The notes beneath the pieces were generated by a model. It saw only the letters and a program-made list of their open reading frames with translations, had not been told where the DNA came from and ran no database searches. 64,000 nt of DNA from Sphyrna mokarran (lineage: Eukaryota), in the NCBI GenBank assembly GCA_024679065.1, contig JAGIQG010000008.1, positions 97,154,001 to 97,218,000 on the forward strand, read 5' to 3'. How positions within the stretch are numbered: the first letter of the stretch is position 1; the number at the start of each line of letters is the position of its first letter. The position numbers and the translations under genes are program-made. Positions 63,961-64,000 of this stretch are shown here, piece after piece.

Positions 63961-64000
63961 CCAAGCTTAAACAGAGGAGACTACAAAGGGATGAGGGAGA

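Overview
Eukaryotic, intron-rich vertebrate DNA, most likely a cartilaginous fish (inferred from abundant HE1-type tRNA SINEs, CR1/HER1-type LINEs and Penelope-derived repeats). The window holds two convergent (tail-to-tail) paralogous Ig-superfamily genes of the B7-H6/NCR3LG1 type. Gene A (+ strand, about 6.9-29.4 kb) has exons IgV, IgC1, TM and then four more C1-like Ig exons. Gene B (- strand, about 62.7 down to 42.3 kb; its V exon presumably lies beyond the window) has IgC1, TM, five C1-like exons, a small acidic YENL exon and a degenerate sixth C1-like exon. All Ig and TM exons except that degenerate one are intact phase-1/phase-1 exons with AG/GT boundaries. The striking feature is that most Ig domains lie C-terminal to the TM, so they are predicted to be cytoplasmic. 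Six of ten of them have lost at least one canonical disulfide Cys, whereas all three pre-TM domains keep both. The rest is repeats: a 2.7-kb palindromic Penelope-like (RT/GIY-YIG) element with a 13-bp TSD and hammerhead-like motifs, related mini-palindromes down to 40 bp, many CR1/L2 and SINE fragments, a decayed Ty1/copia-type element, and a U2-snRNA-like 17-mer next to a polypurine tract. Repeat boundaries are approximate, and family names come from recognition, not from database searches.
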